Below are positions 8,658-18,276 of a stretch of 64,000 nucleotides of DNA, piece after piece. The notes beneath the pieces are model-generated. The model saw only the letters and a list, made by a program, of their open reading frames with translations. It had not been told where the DNA came from and searched no databases. Each line of letters opens with the position of its first letter. Within the stretch, counting starts at the first letter, position 1. The position numbers and the translations under genes are program-made. Source of the stretch: a virus. Taxonomy: Duplodnaviria > Caudoviricetes. Location of the stretch: IMG/VR virus record IMGVR_UViG_2974632701_000001, positions 10,676 through 74,675 of that record. The stretch is one strand, 5' to 3'.

Positions 8658-8975
8658 ATGCTGAGATCGTTGAGTGATTCTGATTTCCAACTAGAAGTCA
8701 GACAACATCCTGACCCCATCATCATCATGTTTACGGGGTCTTGGTGTCAGCCATGCAAAAAGATGAAACCAACCTTTGAAGAGATGGCCTCTCAAATGGA
8801 AGGTGACATCCGATTTGCATATATGGATGCTGAAGATGCCGAAAAAACCATGGCAGAACTCAACATCCGCACTCTGCCTTCTTTGGCTTTGTTCGTGGAT
8901 GGAATGATTCGAGAAGTCTTTTCTGGAACCATGAACAAGTCTGATCTTCGTTACTGGATCAACAACAACATCTGA
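8658..8975 (+). CDS. trx: thioredoxin
   Basis: FTGSWCQPCK active site and IRTLPSL cis-Pro motif, 105 aa. Confidence 0.92.
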   Translation: MLRSLSDSDFQLEVRQHPDPIIIMFTGSWCQPCKKMKPTFEEMASQMEGDIRFAYMDAEDAEKTMAELNIRTLPSLALFVDGMIREVFSGTMNKSDLRYWINNNI

Positions 8976-8983
8976 GATTCAAC

Positions 8984-9077
8984 TCTCAGGCTGGATGGAC
9001 CTCTGTGTGAGGAGAAGCTACAGATTCGTTTCACTAACCAGAGTGGCCTATCCAAGTGATACCGAAGCAGCCTGAGA
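8984..9077 (+). ncRNA. candidate structured RNA element
   Basis: Perfect 10-bp closing stem TCTCAGGCTG/CAGCCTGAGA enclosing GGATGG/CC(T)ATCC, CCTC/GAGG and CACT/AGTG helices. Confidence 0.35.
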
Positions 9078-9090
9078 TGTTCGGATAGAG

Positions 9091-9123
9091 ACCCCCTGCT
9101 GGTAGTGCGGCAGGGGGTTTTTT
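9091..9123 (+). terminator. intrinsic terminator upstream of rIIA
   Basis: CCCCCTGCT...GGCAGGGGG followed by T6. Confidence 0.8.
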
Positions 9124-9144
9124 CATTTTGAAAGGAGAAGACCA

Positions 9145-11732
9145 ATGCAAGTTCTTAACGGTGGTGACTTCGACCAGAAAAACGTACTGATCGGGGGGAC
9201 CGGAAAGACTGAGAGCTTCGGGGTCACAAATGATCCCGTGCTCATGGGCATGTTGTCCACTGGCCTCTACCAGAAGCCAATGCGAACCATGATCCAAGAG
9301 ACGATGTTCAATGCTTGGGATGCTCACCGCATGGGCAAGTGCCAAGACAAAGCCATCGACATCTACATCAACGATACCTCGGGCCTGATCATTCGTGACT
9401 ATGGTCCGGGTATCCACAAGAATGAGATTCATCCCATTTACTGCATCTATGGGAACTCGACCAAACGCAACAACGATGAACTGACAGGTGGTTTTGGACT
9501 TGGTTCCAAATCTCCTTATGCCTATGCAGACAGCTTCACGGTGACATCTCACCATGATGGCTTCAAAGGCATGTACATCATGAATCGTGTCTCTGAAGAA
9601 AACCAAGGTGGACCGGGACGTTCCTACTCCTGAGTCTGGGCTGGTAGTTACCATCCCTCTCAAGAACGACAATGACATGACTCGTGCCTACGAGTGCATC
9701 AAAGACATCCTCTATCTGTCTGGAATCAAAGCAAGAATTCACTTCAAGGACGAAGAACCTGAAGAGATCTTTGCTGATTCTATTCCTGCTGGTGAATGGA
9801 TTGTCGATGAAGAAAACCACAAAGGACAGCTTTTTGCTGTCTATGGTGGGGTTCGGTATGAGATCATCAACGATGATGCCTATGCAGATGAGTATCGTTT
9901 TGTTCGCAAAATGGCAAACCTTCTGGGCAATATGTACATCGGATTCAAGGCTTCGACTCTGACGCCTCTTCCGAGTCGTGAAGGTCTCAACCTGAACGAA
10001 CGTACTGTAGCTACCATCAAAAATCAGCTTGAGGTGATGGAAGAAAACTTCCGTCAGATGCTACTTCCAGTAACACGAGCAGTCTTGAACGAATCGTTCA
10101 AATCTCTCTGTGAATCTGGCATCGAACCCAAGTATCTTGTGGAAGCATGGTATCGTGTTGGTGATCGCAAATCTCTCAAAGAAATCACAGATGTTGGTCA
10201 TCCCATCATCAGTGCAGCGAAAGAGCAATGCTCTGAATCCATGAACCAATCCATGTGGAATAGTCTGTGTGAACTGGCTTTCACTCGGACCAGAGATGTC
10301 TACTCAATGATTGGTGGTGAGAAACTCAGCACCATGAAGTACATCATCTGGGCCAAGAAATTCCCCCAGCACACTCACTACAAAGACTATCTCATGGGTC
10401 GGATGTCTACTCGATCCAAGGTCTACAAGACTCCCTTTATGCACGAAGCTCCAGTCTCAATGGCTGAACTCATCACTGCAAAGCAAATCTGTGATGCAGC
10501 GTCAAACCAAGACACTGATATTCGAGTAGCATATCGTGACACTTGGGAACCTGTTTCCAACCGTCGTAAGGCTGGTAAACTTCAGGGTCTTTCGTACTCC
10601 AAACAGAAAATTGCTTCGGCTCTTCTCAAAGAGAACAAGCTCAAGTTTCCGGATGCGAAATATCCTGATCGTCTTTGGTTCAAGAAAGACGGTGAAGAGT
10701 TCCACGACGTGCTTCTCACTCGAACTGTGATTCTCGCCAAGACAATCACTGCTCTGAAGGAAACCCGATTCCAGTTTCAGGCCATGTTCACTGCAAACTA
10801 CCCAACAGTAAGTAATTACCACAACTTCCACAGAAGCAACTTTGAAGAGCAATACTACAATGCCAACCAATGTCCTGTGGCAGCCATTATCGTTCACCAA
10901 CGTAATGGAGGCTATGACAACGAATGGAGGCTATGACAACGCTCTCAAGGCTTTGTCTGACGCTGGGTACATGGTCTACGAAGCAGATGAACCAGAAGCT
11001 CGTACACGGACTGTAAAGCCTGTGGCAGCCAATGGTGTTATGGTTGCAAAAGAGGTCATCACCTATCCTCTGGTCAACCTGAGCAATGCTGATTGGGCTG
11101 ATTGGAACAACTCAGTCGAAAACCCTACCTGCTATATCTGTGTCACTGAACACAAGGTACGGCATGAGTATTCTTCTGACAAACCAAGTACCAGACTTGT
11201 TGGATGGGTGAGTGAAAATACTCCTCGATTCGTCATCCTGCACAACAAAGCTCGTGCAGGTCGTCTTGAAAAGAAGGACATCCCTTCTTTTGAAGTGAAG
11301 ATCCACCAACTGGTGGAAAAAATCCTTGCAGATCAGGACCGTGTAAATCGTATGGTTCTGCACAGCATCTTCAAAGACCATTCAGATCTTCCTTCCGAAC
11401 TGCGTGATCTTCCTGAAGTGCAGAAGTTCTTCAAGGTTCCCTATGTCAGAAACAGCCAAAAGGACGCTTTTGCTCGTGACATGAATGTGCTCGTTGAAAT
11501 CGAAAACATGCAGCGTTACGGCAATGACTGGGTACATCGTGACACAATTCAGTTGGTCAAAGACTCGATGAATGTGGCCCGAAATACCGACTCTGTTCTT
11601 TTGGTTCGTAAGATGACCAAAAAGACGAAACTCTTGAATGAGTATGAACTGAGAAACCACCTCTCTGGGCTTAAACCGGGAGAGGTTAAATGCTTCTCAG
11701 AAAAGCTCCTACGCTTCTTGCGTACTGTTTGA
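9145..11732 (+). pseudogene. rIIA: rIIA-like protein split over three frames
   Basis: N-terminal HSP90-like ATPase motifs (QETMFNAWDAH, IRDYGPGI, GGFGLGSK). Frame breaks at ~9617-9621 and at a 19-nt tandem duplication 10904-10941. Lies directly upstream of rIIB as in N4-like phages. Confidence 0.8.
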
Positions 11733-11751
11733 TCAAACGAAAGGACGAAGC

Positions 11752-13182
11752 ATGTCTTCAAACACGAAAAACATCGTGTCAATGTTGGCTTCCGAAGAGA
11801 AAATCATGCTAATCACTGCCGAAGGGCAAGTGCTCGACATGAAGAACAACGGACCCTACAACACGACAGCAATCGCGGAGTATCTTACTCCCAAACTTGA
11901 TGGAAAGAGCGTGGTTCCCCTCGATCTCTCCAACTACATGACTATCCATAAGGCCATCGTGCCTGAAGGATATGAGGGCAGCGGTATCGTTGTCACTCAC
12001 ATGATTGACGGCAAAGAGGTTCAAGGGATCTTCTATCCTCAGAAAGTCTCTGTGGCTGTTCAACATGAAGGACGCGAAGTGGTTATTCCGCATGTGGAAA
12101 ATCTGGAGAAGCACGCTCATCGTGCTGCTTCTGAAAACTCCCCTGCGGTTCGCAACTTCCTTCGTCGTCTTGCCCCAGTGGTCGAAAGTCGCCTCCACAG
12201 TGCAGAAGATCTGATGCAATTCATCAAACGGTCTGAGCTTCCGCTCACCAACGATGGTCTGATCATCGGCTACAAAAAGGTGAACCAGAAAGCCAATGGG
12301 ATGTTCGTTGATGTCCATTCCGGACAGATCGAACAACAGGTCGGGAGTCACGTCTGGATGGACGTGGACGCAGTGGATCCTTCCCGGAACCGTAGCTGCT
12401 CTCACGGCCTGCATGTGGCCAACCTTGGCTATCTGAGTGGGTTCAGTGGTTCCCATACCCTGATCGTCTTGGTGGATCCTGCAAACTTCATCGCAGTTCC
12501 TCATGGCGAGACTGACAAATGCCGTGTGTGTGCTTACGACGTGATCGGTGTCATGACCGCATCTGCACATACTATGGTTAATTCCGGTTCATTCGTCGTG
12601 GGTGAACAGACCTTCAAATCAGTCATTGCTGATGCAGTTGCAGGACGTGCTATCAAGCCGTTTGAAGCTGTAAAGGTTGGAACCAAAACAGTCTTGGAAC
12701 GAGTTCCCCTCAAAGGGAATGAGATTCCGTCTGTGGTACTGGAAGCTGCTCGACCTGACGTTCAACCCTCTGGAGACAGTCTGAATGTGGATGTCGTTCC
12801 AGAACAAGAGAAGAAGGACATCGTAAAGATGGCAAAATCGACCAAAGCCGCCTCTACTGGCCAAATGCCTTGGGATATTGCTCCCAAGGAAGTCATTGCA
12901 GTGTTCGAGGATCTCCGTCTGGAGAAAGGTTCGAAAGCTGCGATTGCTGCTCTGCACAACACCAGCACCCGTACCATGGGTCGGTGGTTCGAGAAGTACG
13001 ACTATGAAGGTTATGTGAAGTCCAAAGAGACGACCATGACCGTTGCACAGCGTGCTCGTATGCTCTTCAACCAAGGTGCGTTCGAAGCTCTGGCTTCGTT
13101 CAAGCGTACTGCCAAGAAGAGCTACAATGCTCTGGGTTTCAATGACTCTGAGATCACGAAGATCGAGAAGGCTCTGGCCTAA
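11752..13182 (+). CDS. rIIB: rIIB-like protein
   Basis: LPLTNDGLIIGYKKV, RSCSHGLHV and LVDPANFIAVP....KCRVC.Y.V motifs of rIIB. Confidence 0.85.
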   Translation: MSSNTKNIVSMLASEEKIMLITAEGQVLDMKNNGPYNTTAIAEYLTPKLDGKSVVPLDLSNYMTIHKAIVPEGYEGSGIVVTHMIDGKEVQGIFYPQKVSVAVQHEGREVVIPHVENLEKHAHRAASENSPAVRNFLRRLAPVVESRLHSAEDLMQFIKRSELPLTNDGLIIGYKKVNQKANGMFVDVHSGQIEQQVGSHVWMDVDAVDPSRNRSCSHGLHVANLGYLSGFSGSHTLIVLVDPANFIAVPHGETDKCRVCAYDVIGVMTASAHTMVNSGSFVVGEQTFKSVIADAVAGRAIKPFEAVKVGTKTVLERVPLKGNEIPSVVLEAARPDVQPSGDSLNVDVVPEQEKKDIVKMAKSTKAASTGQMPWDIAPKEVIAVFEDLRLEKGSKAAIAALHNTSTRTMGRWFEKYDYEGYVKSKETTMTVAQRARMLFNQGAFEALASFKRTAKKSYNALGFNDSEITKIEKALA

Positions 13183-13338
13183 TCGTTCGTTAGTCGAAGC
13201 ACTAGTGTCAAAATCAGGCTTAAATCCCGAGGTTTTAAGACTAATAGAGGCACTAGTGCTTTTGCTAACTCAAGTTCACCTTTTGTTCTACATGACGCGA
13301 GTTCCGCCGCAGAACAGAAATTGAAGGAGATTTTCCAA

Positions 13339-13647
13339 ATGTGTCGTCGCTCAGAGATCGAATCCAAGATATATGCCAACGTCTGTGTCATAGATTTGGG
13401 GTACGAAACTGCGTGTCACATTTGGCAAGGTTCCAATTCCGGCACAGGACGAGGTGGGGGCTACCCTCGAATGTGTCTTAACGGACAGACAGTGGCTGTC
13501 CATCGTGTTATGTATGTGAACCATAATGGCTACGTTCCGGGTAAGAAACAGATTGACCACAAGTGTCGGAATCGAATGTGTGTCAATCCTGAACACCTTG
13601 AAATGGTGACTCATAAAGAGAACCAAAGGAGACGAGACAATGCGTAA
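13339..13647 (+). CDS. HNH endonuclease
   Basis: CHIWQG..GYP...AVHRVMY...IDHKCRNRMCVNPEHLE; start set at ATG 13339, 9 nt after GAAGGAG. Confidence 0.88.
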   Translation: MCRRSEIESKIYANVCVIDLGYETACHIWQGSNSGTGRGGGYPRMCLNGQTVAVHRVMYVNHNGYVPGKKQIDHKCRNRMCVNPEHLEMVTHKENQRRRDNA

Positions 13648-14149
13648 ACTTCTATTCATGGCTCCCATGGGCCTGCTTCTTGCAGCCTGTGGAAGTCCCC
13701 CTGAGATCTGTGATCGTGAACTCCAGACTTGGGACAAATTCCAAACTGAAGAGGATCAATGTGATGGAACAAGCAATCATGTCTACAGCAGTGGTCCTGA
13801 TTGGACTTACACTGGTGGGGCTTCTGATTCAGATACTGAATCAGATTCGTCTGATGAAGACAATGGATCGGATTCTGACAATGGAGGATCGAATTCTGGC
13901 CCGCCTTCTGATGGCGGATCAGACGACTCTGGAGATGACAATGGAGGGGACTCCGATCACGATGGAGGATCTGATTCTCCGGGATCTGGAGGAACAGATG
14001 ACGGGGGCAAAAACCATGGAAACAATGGCCATGGAAACGATGATGACGGACATGACTCTTCCAACCCCGGAAAAGGACATGGTGGCCCCAACGGAAACCC
14101 AGACGGCACCGACCAAGACGGCTCGCCGGGGAAAGGGAAAGGTCACTGA
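13640..14149 (+). CDS. lipoprotein with acidic Gly/Ser/Asp/His-rich low-complexity tail
   Basis: Signal peptide with lipobox LLLAAC; tail rich in D/G/S including NHGNNGHGNDDDGHDSSNPGKGHG. Confidence 0.75.
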   Translation: MRKLLFMAPMGLLLAACGSPPEICDRELQTWDKFQTEEDQCDGTSNHVYSSGPDWTYTGGASDSDTESDSSDEDNGSDSDNGGSNSGPPSDGGSDDSGDDNGGDSDHDGGSDSPGSGGTDDGGKNHGNNGHGNDDDGHDSSNPGKGHGGPNGNPDGTDQDGSPGKGKGH

Positions 14150-14539
14150 ATGATCTTCGTATTTGGTTCCAACAAATCAGGTGTCCATGGTGCTGGTGCA
14201 GCTAAAGTTGCATTTAAGCAACACGGAGCCAAATGGGGAATCGGTGAGGGCATAGTTGGAAACAGCTATGCTCTTCCCACCAAAGGATTCCACATTGAAA
14301 AAATGTCTCTTCTGGAGATTCAGTATTCTGTCAATCGCTTCATTGAGACTGCCGAATACTGGAAAGTCAGAGGAGCAGAGTTCCAAGTCACCCGTGTTGG
14401 GTGTGGTCTTGGTGGTCACAAAGATGCTGACATTGCTCCAATGTTCAGGACTGCCCCTGACAACTGTCTGTTCGATGAGTATTGGAAGCCTTGGCTCGAT
14501 ACTCATGAAGTGAAACGGAGATACTGGGGAACCTTCTGA
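14150..14539 (+). CDS. macro-domain-like protein
   Basis: IFVFGSN..G.HGAGAA...GA.WG.GEG..G.SYALPTK and VGCGLGG glycine loops resemble macro-fold ADP-ribose-binding loops. Confidence 0.6.
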   Translation: MIFVFGSNKSGVHGAGAAKVAFKQHGAKWGIGEGIVGNSYALPTKGFHIEKMSLLEIQYSVNRFIETAEYWKVRGAEFQVTRVGCGLGGHKDADIAPMFRTAPDNCLFDEYWKPWLDTHEVKRRYWGTF

Positions 14540-15084
14540 TGACCATTTACTATGCAGGGATAGGAAGCCGTGAGACACCCGAAGACGTATGCAGAAAAAT
14601 GTTTGCAGCAGGCAGGACAATGGCCAAGCTCGGATTCATTCTACGATCCGGGGGTGCTGACGGGGCAGATGCTGCTTTTGAATCAGGTGTGGCAAAAGCA
14701 GCTTCTGAACTCAATACCCACCTTGAATCTCTCGCAGAGATATATCTCCCATGGAAGGGGTTCAGGAAAAACCAGTCTCCTCTCTATGGTTCGTGCAAAC
14801 GAGCTAGACTCCTTGCAAAAGAGTTTCACCCTAACTGGGCGAATGTCTCATGTGCAGGACGCGATTTTCATGGACGAAATATGTACCAGATTCTCGGACG
14901 TGAACTGGACAGACCTTCTTCCTTCGTCCTGTGTTGGACAAAAGACGGAGCAATTACCGGAGGTACAGGCCAAGCTCTCCGAGTGGCTCAAGAATATGGC
15001 ATACCCATCCTCAATTTTGCATGTCATGATGACCAGTACATCAGTGATTTTATTCTCGGAGCAGCAGAAAGGATGCGAGGATGA
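14539..15084 (+). CDS. SLOG (DprA/Smf-like) family protein
   Basis: YAGIGSRETP, LRSGGADGADAAFE and GGTGQALRVA..YGIPI motifs of SLOG Rossmannoid domains. Confidence 0.75.
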   Translation: MTIYYAGIGSRETPEDVCRKMFAAGRTMAKLGFILRSGGADGADAAFESGVAKAASELNTHLESLAEIYLPWKGFRKNQSPLYGSCKRARLLAKEFHPNWANVSCAGRDFHGRNMYQILGRELDRPSSFVLCWTKDGAITGGTGQALRVAQEYGIPILNFACHDDQYISDFILGAAERMRG

Positions 15085-15431
15085 GCGAACACAACAAACA
15101 AGGACTTCGGTGGTGGATCTTCAACAAATTCGGACCTCCCGAAGTACAGAACCTGATCGAGCATATCGACAATTTGACTCAGGACGGTTCGGACATTGCG
15201 ATCTACCCCATTGGGGAGTTCCCCTTCAGTGTGAAAACTTCAAACAATCACGATCTGGATCCTCTGATCTTCCCCACTCCACAGGAACGAGCCTCTTTCC
15301 AAGCAGGTCTGAGTTACGGAGTTGGTTTGATGGGTGGATCCACAGCCATACTCACCAAGGATGACTTTGAAATCATTGAAGAAATGTCAAAGAAGTCCAC
15401 ACATGGTGGCGGAGGACATCACAACAACTAA
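15081..15431 (+). CDS. hypothetical protein
   Basis: 116-aa ORF, ATGA-coupled. Confidence 0.7.
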   Translation: MSEHNKQGLRWWIFNKFGPPEVQNLIEHIDNLTQDGSDIAIYPIGEFPFSVKTSNNHDLDPLIFPTPQERASFQAGLSYGVGLMGGSTAILTKDDFEIIEEMSKKSTHGGGGHHNN

Positions 15432-15504
15432 ATGTGCTTGCTCCACTAGAGAACCACTGGTACACCACAAGACCCATCTCAGTCAGAAAGCCAAGAGGTC
15501 AGCC

Positions 15505-17835
15505 ATGAGTCAAGCTCATTTCCCTCAACCTATTTCTGAACAGATCTGGAACCAAAAGTACCGTTTCAAGACGGAACGTGATGGCTTCATCTCTGATCAG
15601 AATGTGGTTGATACGTGGGGCAGGATTGCACAAGCATGTTCCAACCTGCCACATTTCCACAACAATCATGCAGAACGTGAGGCTCTTGAGGCTCGCTTCT
15701 ACAATGCTCTGTATGATTTCAAGTTCCTACCTGCTGGTAGGATCAACTCCGGTGCTGGAACAGGCCGGAACGTGACTCTCTTCAACTGCTACGTCATGGG
15801 TACTATCCCTGACAGCCTTGATGGTATCTTCGATATGCTCAAGGAAGCTGCACTTACCATGCAGCAAGGTGGTGGAATCGGTTACGACTTCTCTACCCTT
15901 CGTCCCAAAGGTGCTCTTGTAAAGGGAGTGGAGAGCTTCTCCAGCGGTCCTCTCACCTTTATGGATGTCTGGGACTCCATGTGCAAAACCATTATGTCTG
16001 CTGGCTCCCGTCGTGGAGCTATGATGGCCACCATGCGGTGTGATCATCCTGACATCATGGAGTTTGTCACAGCCAAACAGGATCCTCTGCGACTCCGTAA
16101 CTTCAACGTCTCAGTTCTCTGTACGGATGAGTTCATGGAAGCAGTGGCTGCTGACAGTGATTGGGATCTCATGTTCGATGGTAAGGTCTACCAGACCATC
16201 AAAGCCAAAGAACTCTGGGAAACCATTCTCTGGAACACCTACAACTACGCTGAACCCGGTGTGATCTTCATTGATCGCATCAACAAGGAAAACAATCTTT
16301 GGTTCCTTGAAACCATTGCAGCAACAAATCCATGTGGTGAGCAACCGCTCCCTCCATATGGTGCATGTCTGCTCGGATCGGTGAATCTGGCAAAGCATGT
16401 CGTCTTTCCGTTTGTCAAAGGACAAGCTGAGATCGACATGAAAGCCTTGGAAGAATCGGTTCGCACTGGTGTTCGAATTCTCGACAGCGTGGTTGAAACA
16501 AGTCTCTTCCCACTGGAAGCACAGAGAGACGAAGCACGCTTCAAGCGTCGTCAAGGTCTCGGTGTGACTGGTTTGGCAGATGCTCTCTTCATGACTGGTC
16601 ATCGGTACGGCAACCAACAAGCTGTTAATTTCACTGATACTATCATGATGAATATCGCTATCTGGGCTTACGAAGAGTCCATTCAGATGGCGAAAGAAAT
16701 GGGTCCAGCCCCATGTCTCGTTCCTCTTGAAGCTCGTGAGAAGTTCATTCAATCAGGCTTCATGCAACGGATGCCAGAGTACATCAAAGATGACATTCTG
16801 GAATGGGGTATCCGTAACTCTCACCTGCTCTCTGTGGCTCCTACTGGAACCATCAGCATGTATGCAGGCAATGTGAGTTCAGGTGGTGAGCCTATCTTCG
16901 CTCCGAAGTATCAGCGTAAGGTCACTAACGATGATGGAACCAAACGCACAGAAACAGTCTATGACTATGCTGTGCTGAAGTTCGAAGAACACTTTGGAGA
17001 AAACGACAATCCCGAAGCCATTTGGTGGTGGGAAAACTACATGGCAACAGCACAGGATCTCACTCCGTCTGATCACATTGTCATGCAGGCTGTGCTTCAG
17101 AAATGGGTAGACTCATCCATTTCTAAGACTGTCAATCTTCCTGAAGACATCAGCTTTGATGACTTCAAAGCAGTCTATGATCACGCCTACACTACTGGCT
17201 GTAAAGGTTGCACAACCTATCGGCCAAACGACGTGACAGGTTCTGTCTTGTCCGTTGAAACCAAAGAAGAAAAACCAGTCGAAACTAAGGTTGCAGAACC
17301 TGCTTACGACGGAGACATGCGTGTTATGTCACGGCCTTCTGTCATCGACGGTACTACTTACAAGTGCCGTTGGGGTCAGGATAGCTACTATGTGACTTTC
17401 AACAATGTCATGGATCCTCAACACGATTGGTTCATGCCTTTCGAGATCTTTATCAACTCCAAGAACGTGGAACACCATCAGTGGACTGCGGCTCTTACGA
17501 GGATGATCTCGGCAGTCTTCCAACGAGGTGGAGATGTCCGATTCGTTGCTGAAGAACTGAAGCAAATCCATGACCCGAAAGGTGGGCAATGGATTGAAGG
17601 GCGTTACTGTCCTTCTTTGGTTGCTCTCGTCGGCCAAAAGCTGAGTGAGCATCTCGACATGATTGGGTATCAATCGACCCCGGAATCAGTGCCTCTTGCT
17701 CCAGAGGAAGAAGTTCAAACGCAGCAGCCAGATCAGTCAGTCCCTGATCAATGCCCAAGCTGCAAGGGCTTCAATCTGATCACTGCTTCTGGATGCCCAA
17801 CCTGTCAGGACTGTGGCTACAGTAAATGTGGCTAA
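15505..17835 (+). CDS. nrdJ: class II (B12-dependent) ribonucleotide reductase
   Basis: PAGRI, LFNCYV, GGGIG, ATNPCGEQPL, CLLGSVNL, VAPTGTIS; C-terminal domain with CPSC...CPTCQDCGYSKC; no R2 subunit gene nearby. Start set at ATG 15505 after GAGG. Confidence 0.92.
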   Translation: MSQAHFPQPISEQIWNQKYRFKTERDGFISDQNVVDTWGRIAQACSNLPHFHNNHAEREALEARFYNALYDFKFLPAGRINSGAGTGRNVTLFNCYVMGTIPDSLDGIFDMLKEAALTMQQGGGIGYDFSTLRPKGALVKGVESFSSGPLTFMDVWDSMCKTIMSAGSRRGAMMATMRCDHPDIMEFVTAKQDPLRLRNFNVSVLCTDEFMEAVAADSDWDLMFDGKVYQTIKAKELWETILWNTYNYAEPGVIFIDRINKENNLWFLETIAATNPCGEQPLPPYGACLLGSVNLAKHVVFPFVKGQAEIDMKALEESVRTGVRILDSVVETSLFPLEAQRDEARFKRRQGLGVTGLADALFMTGHRYGNQQAVNFTDTIMMNIAIWAYEESIQMAKEMGPAPCLVPLEAREKFIQSGFMQRMPEYIKDDILEWGIRNSHLLSVAPTGTISMYAGNVSSGGEPIFAPKYQRKVTNDDGTKRTETVYDYAVLKFEEHFGENDNPEAIWWWENYMATAQDLTPSDHIVMQAVLQKWVDSSISKTVNLPEDISFDDFKAVYDHAYTTGCKGCTTYRPNDVTGSVLSVETKEEKPVETKVAEPAYDGDMRVMSRPSVIDGTTYKCRWGQDSYYVTFNNVMDPQHDWFMPFEIFINSKNVEHHQWTAALTRMISAVFQRGGDVRFVAEELKQIHDPKGGQWIEGRYCPSLVALVGQKLSEHLDMIGYQSTPESVPLAPEEEVQTQQPDQSVPDQCPSCKGFNLITASGCPTCQDCGYSKCG

Positions 17836-17862
17836 TCTACTGAGACTATCAATCTCAAAACG

Positions 17863-17894
17863 TCCCCCCATCAGAAATGGTGGGGGGATTTTTT
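17863..17894 (+). terminator. intrinsic terminator
   Basis: TCCCCCCATCA-GAAA-TGGTGGGGGGA followed by a T-tract. Confidence 0.88.
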
Positions 17895-17907
17895 CATCGA
17901 GGATACC

Positions 17908-18276
17908 ATGATCGAACTTTCTTATGAGAACGTCAAAAATGGCTTAGACAAACAGATCAGCATGACCTGTCTATGCACTACTCAACAAGAAACTGATCGT
18001 GTATTTCGAAATGCCTTGGTTCTCTGGGGGGATCTACCTACATCCAGACCTCATCTCAATGAACGACTCATTGATATGGTTACTGAATCTGGAAAGATGT
18101 TTTCTCTTAGATTTCAAAGATTTGAAGCGTATGCTTCAAGTAACTGGAAAGGATTCAGAGGCGTATTTATGCTTCATCCTTCCATCAACCCACAAGAAAT
18201 ACTGCCAAGAATGTACGAGCAGTACAAAGAAATGGTAGCTCACAATGAAAGGTATCTTGAGCAATGGCGAGCCTGA
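17908..18276 (+). CDS. hypothetical protein
   Basis: 122-aa ORF with GGAGG-like SD. Confidence 0.65.
   Translation: MIELSYENVKNGLDKQISMTCLCTTQQETDRVFRNALVLWGDLPTSRPHLNERLIDMVTESGKMFSLRFQRFEAYASSNWKGFRGVFMLHPSINPQEILPRMYEQYKEMVAHNERYLEQWRA

Noticed and set aside
8984-9077. SRP RNA-like words TCAGG and AAGCAGCC
   Set aside because: Here they pair with each other as a perfect stem; the GNRA-capped helix 8 with its symmetric internal loop is absent.
13680-14153. 157-aa alternative-frame ORF over the lipoprotein gene
   Set aside because: Met/Thr-rich by-product of the GAT/GAC/GGA-rich low-complexity coding in the other frame.
15432-15504. Possible cobalamin riboswitch upstream of B12-dependent nrdJ (AACCACTGG and GAAAGCCAAGAGGTC resemble B12-box fragments)
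   Set aside because: Only 73 nt intergenic, the GGGAA and core stems are missing, and the match is partial.
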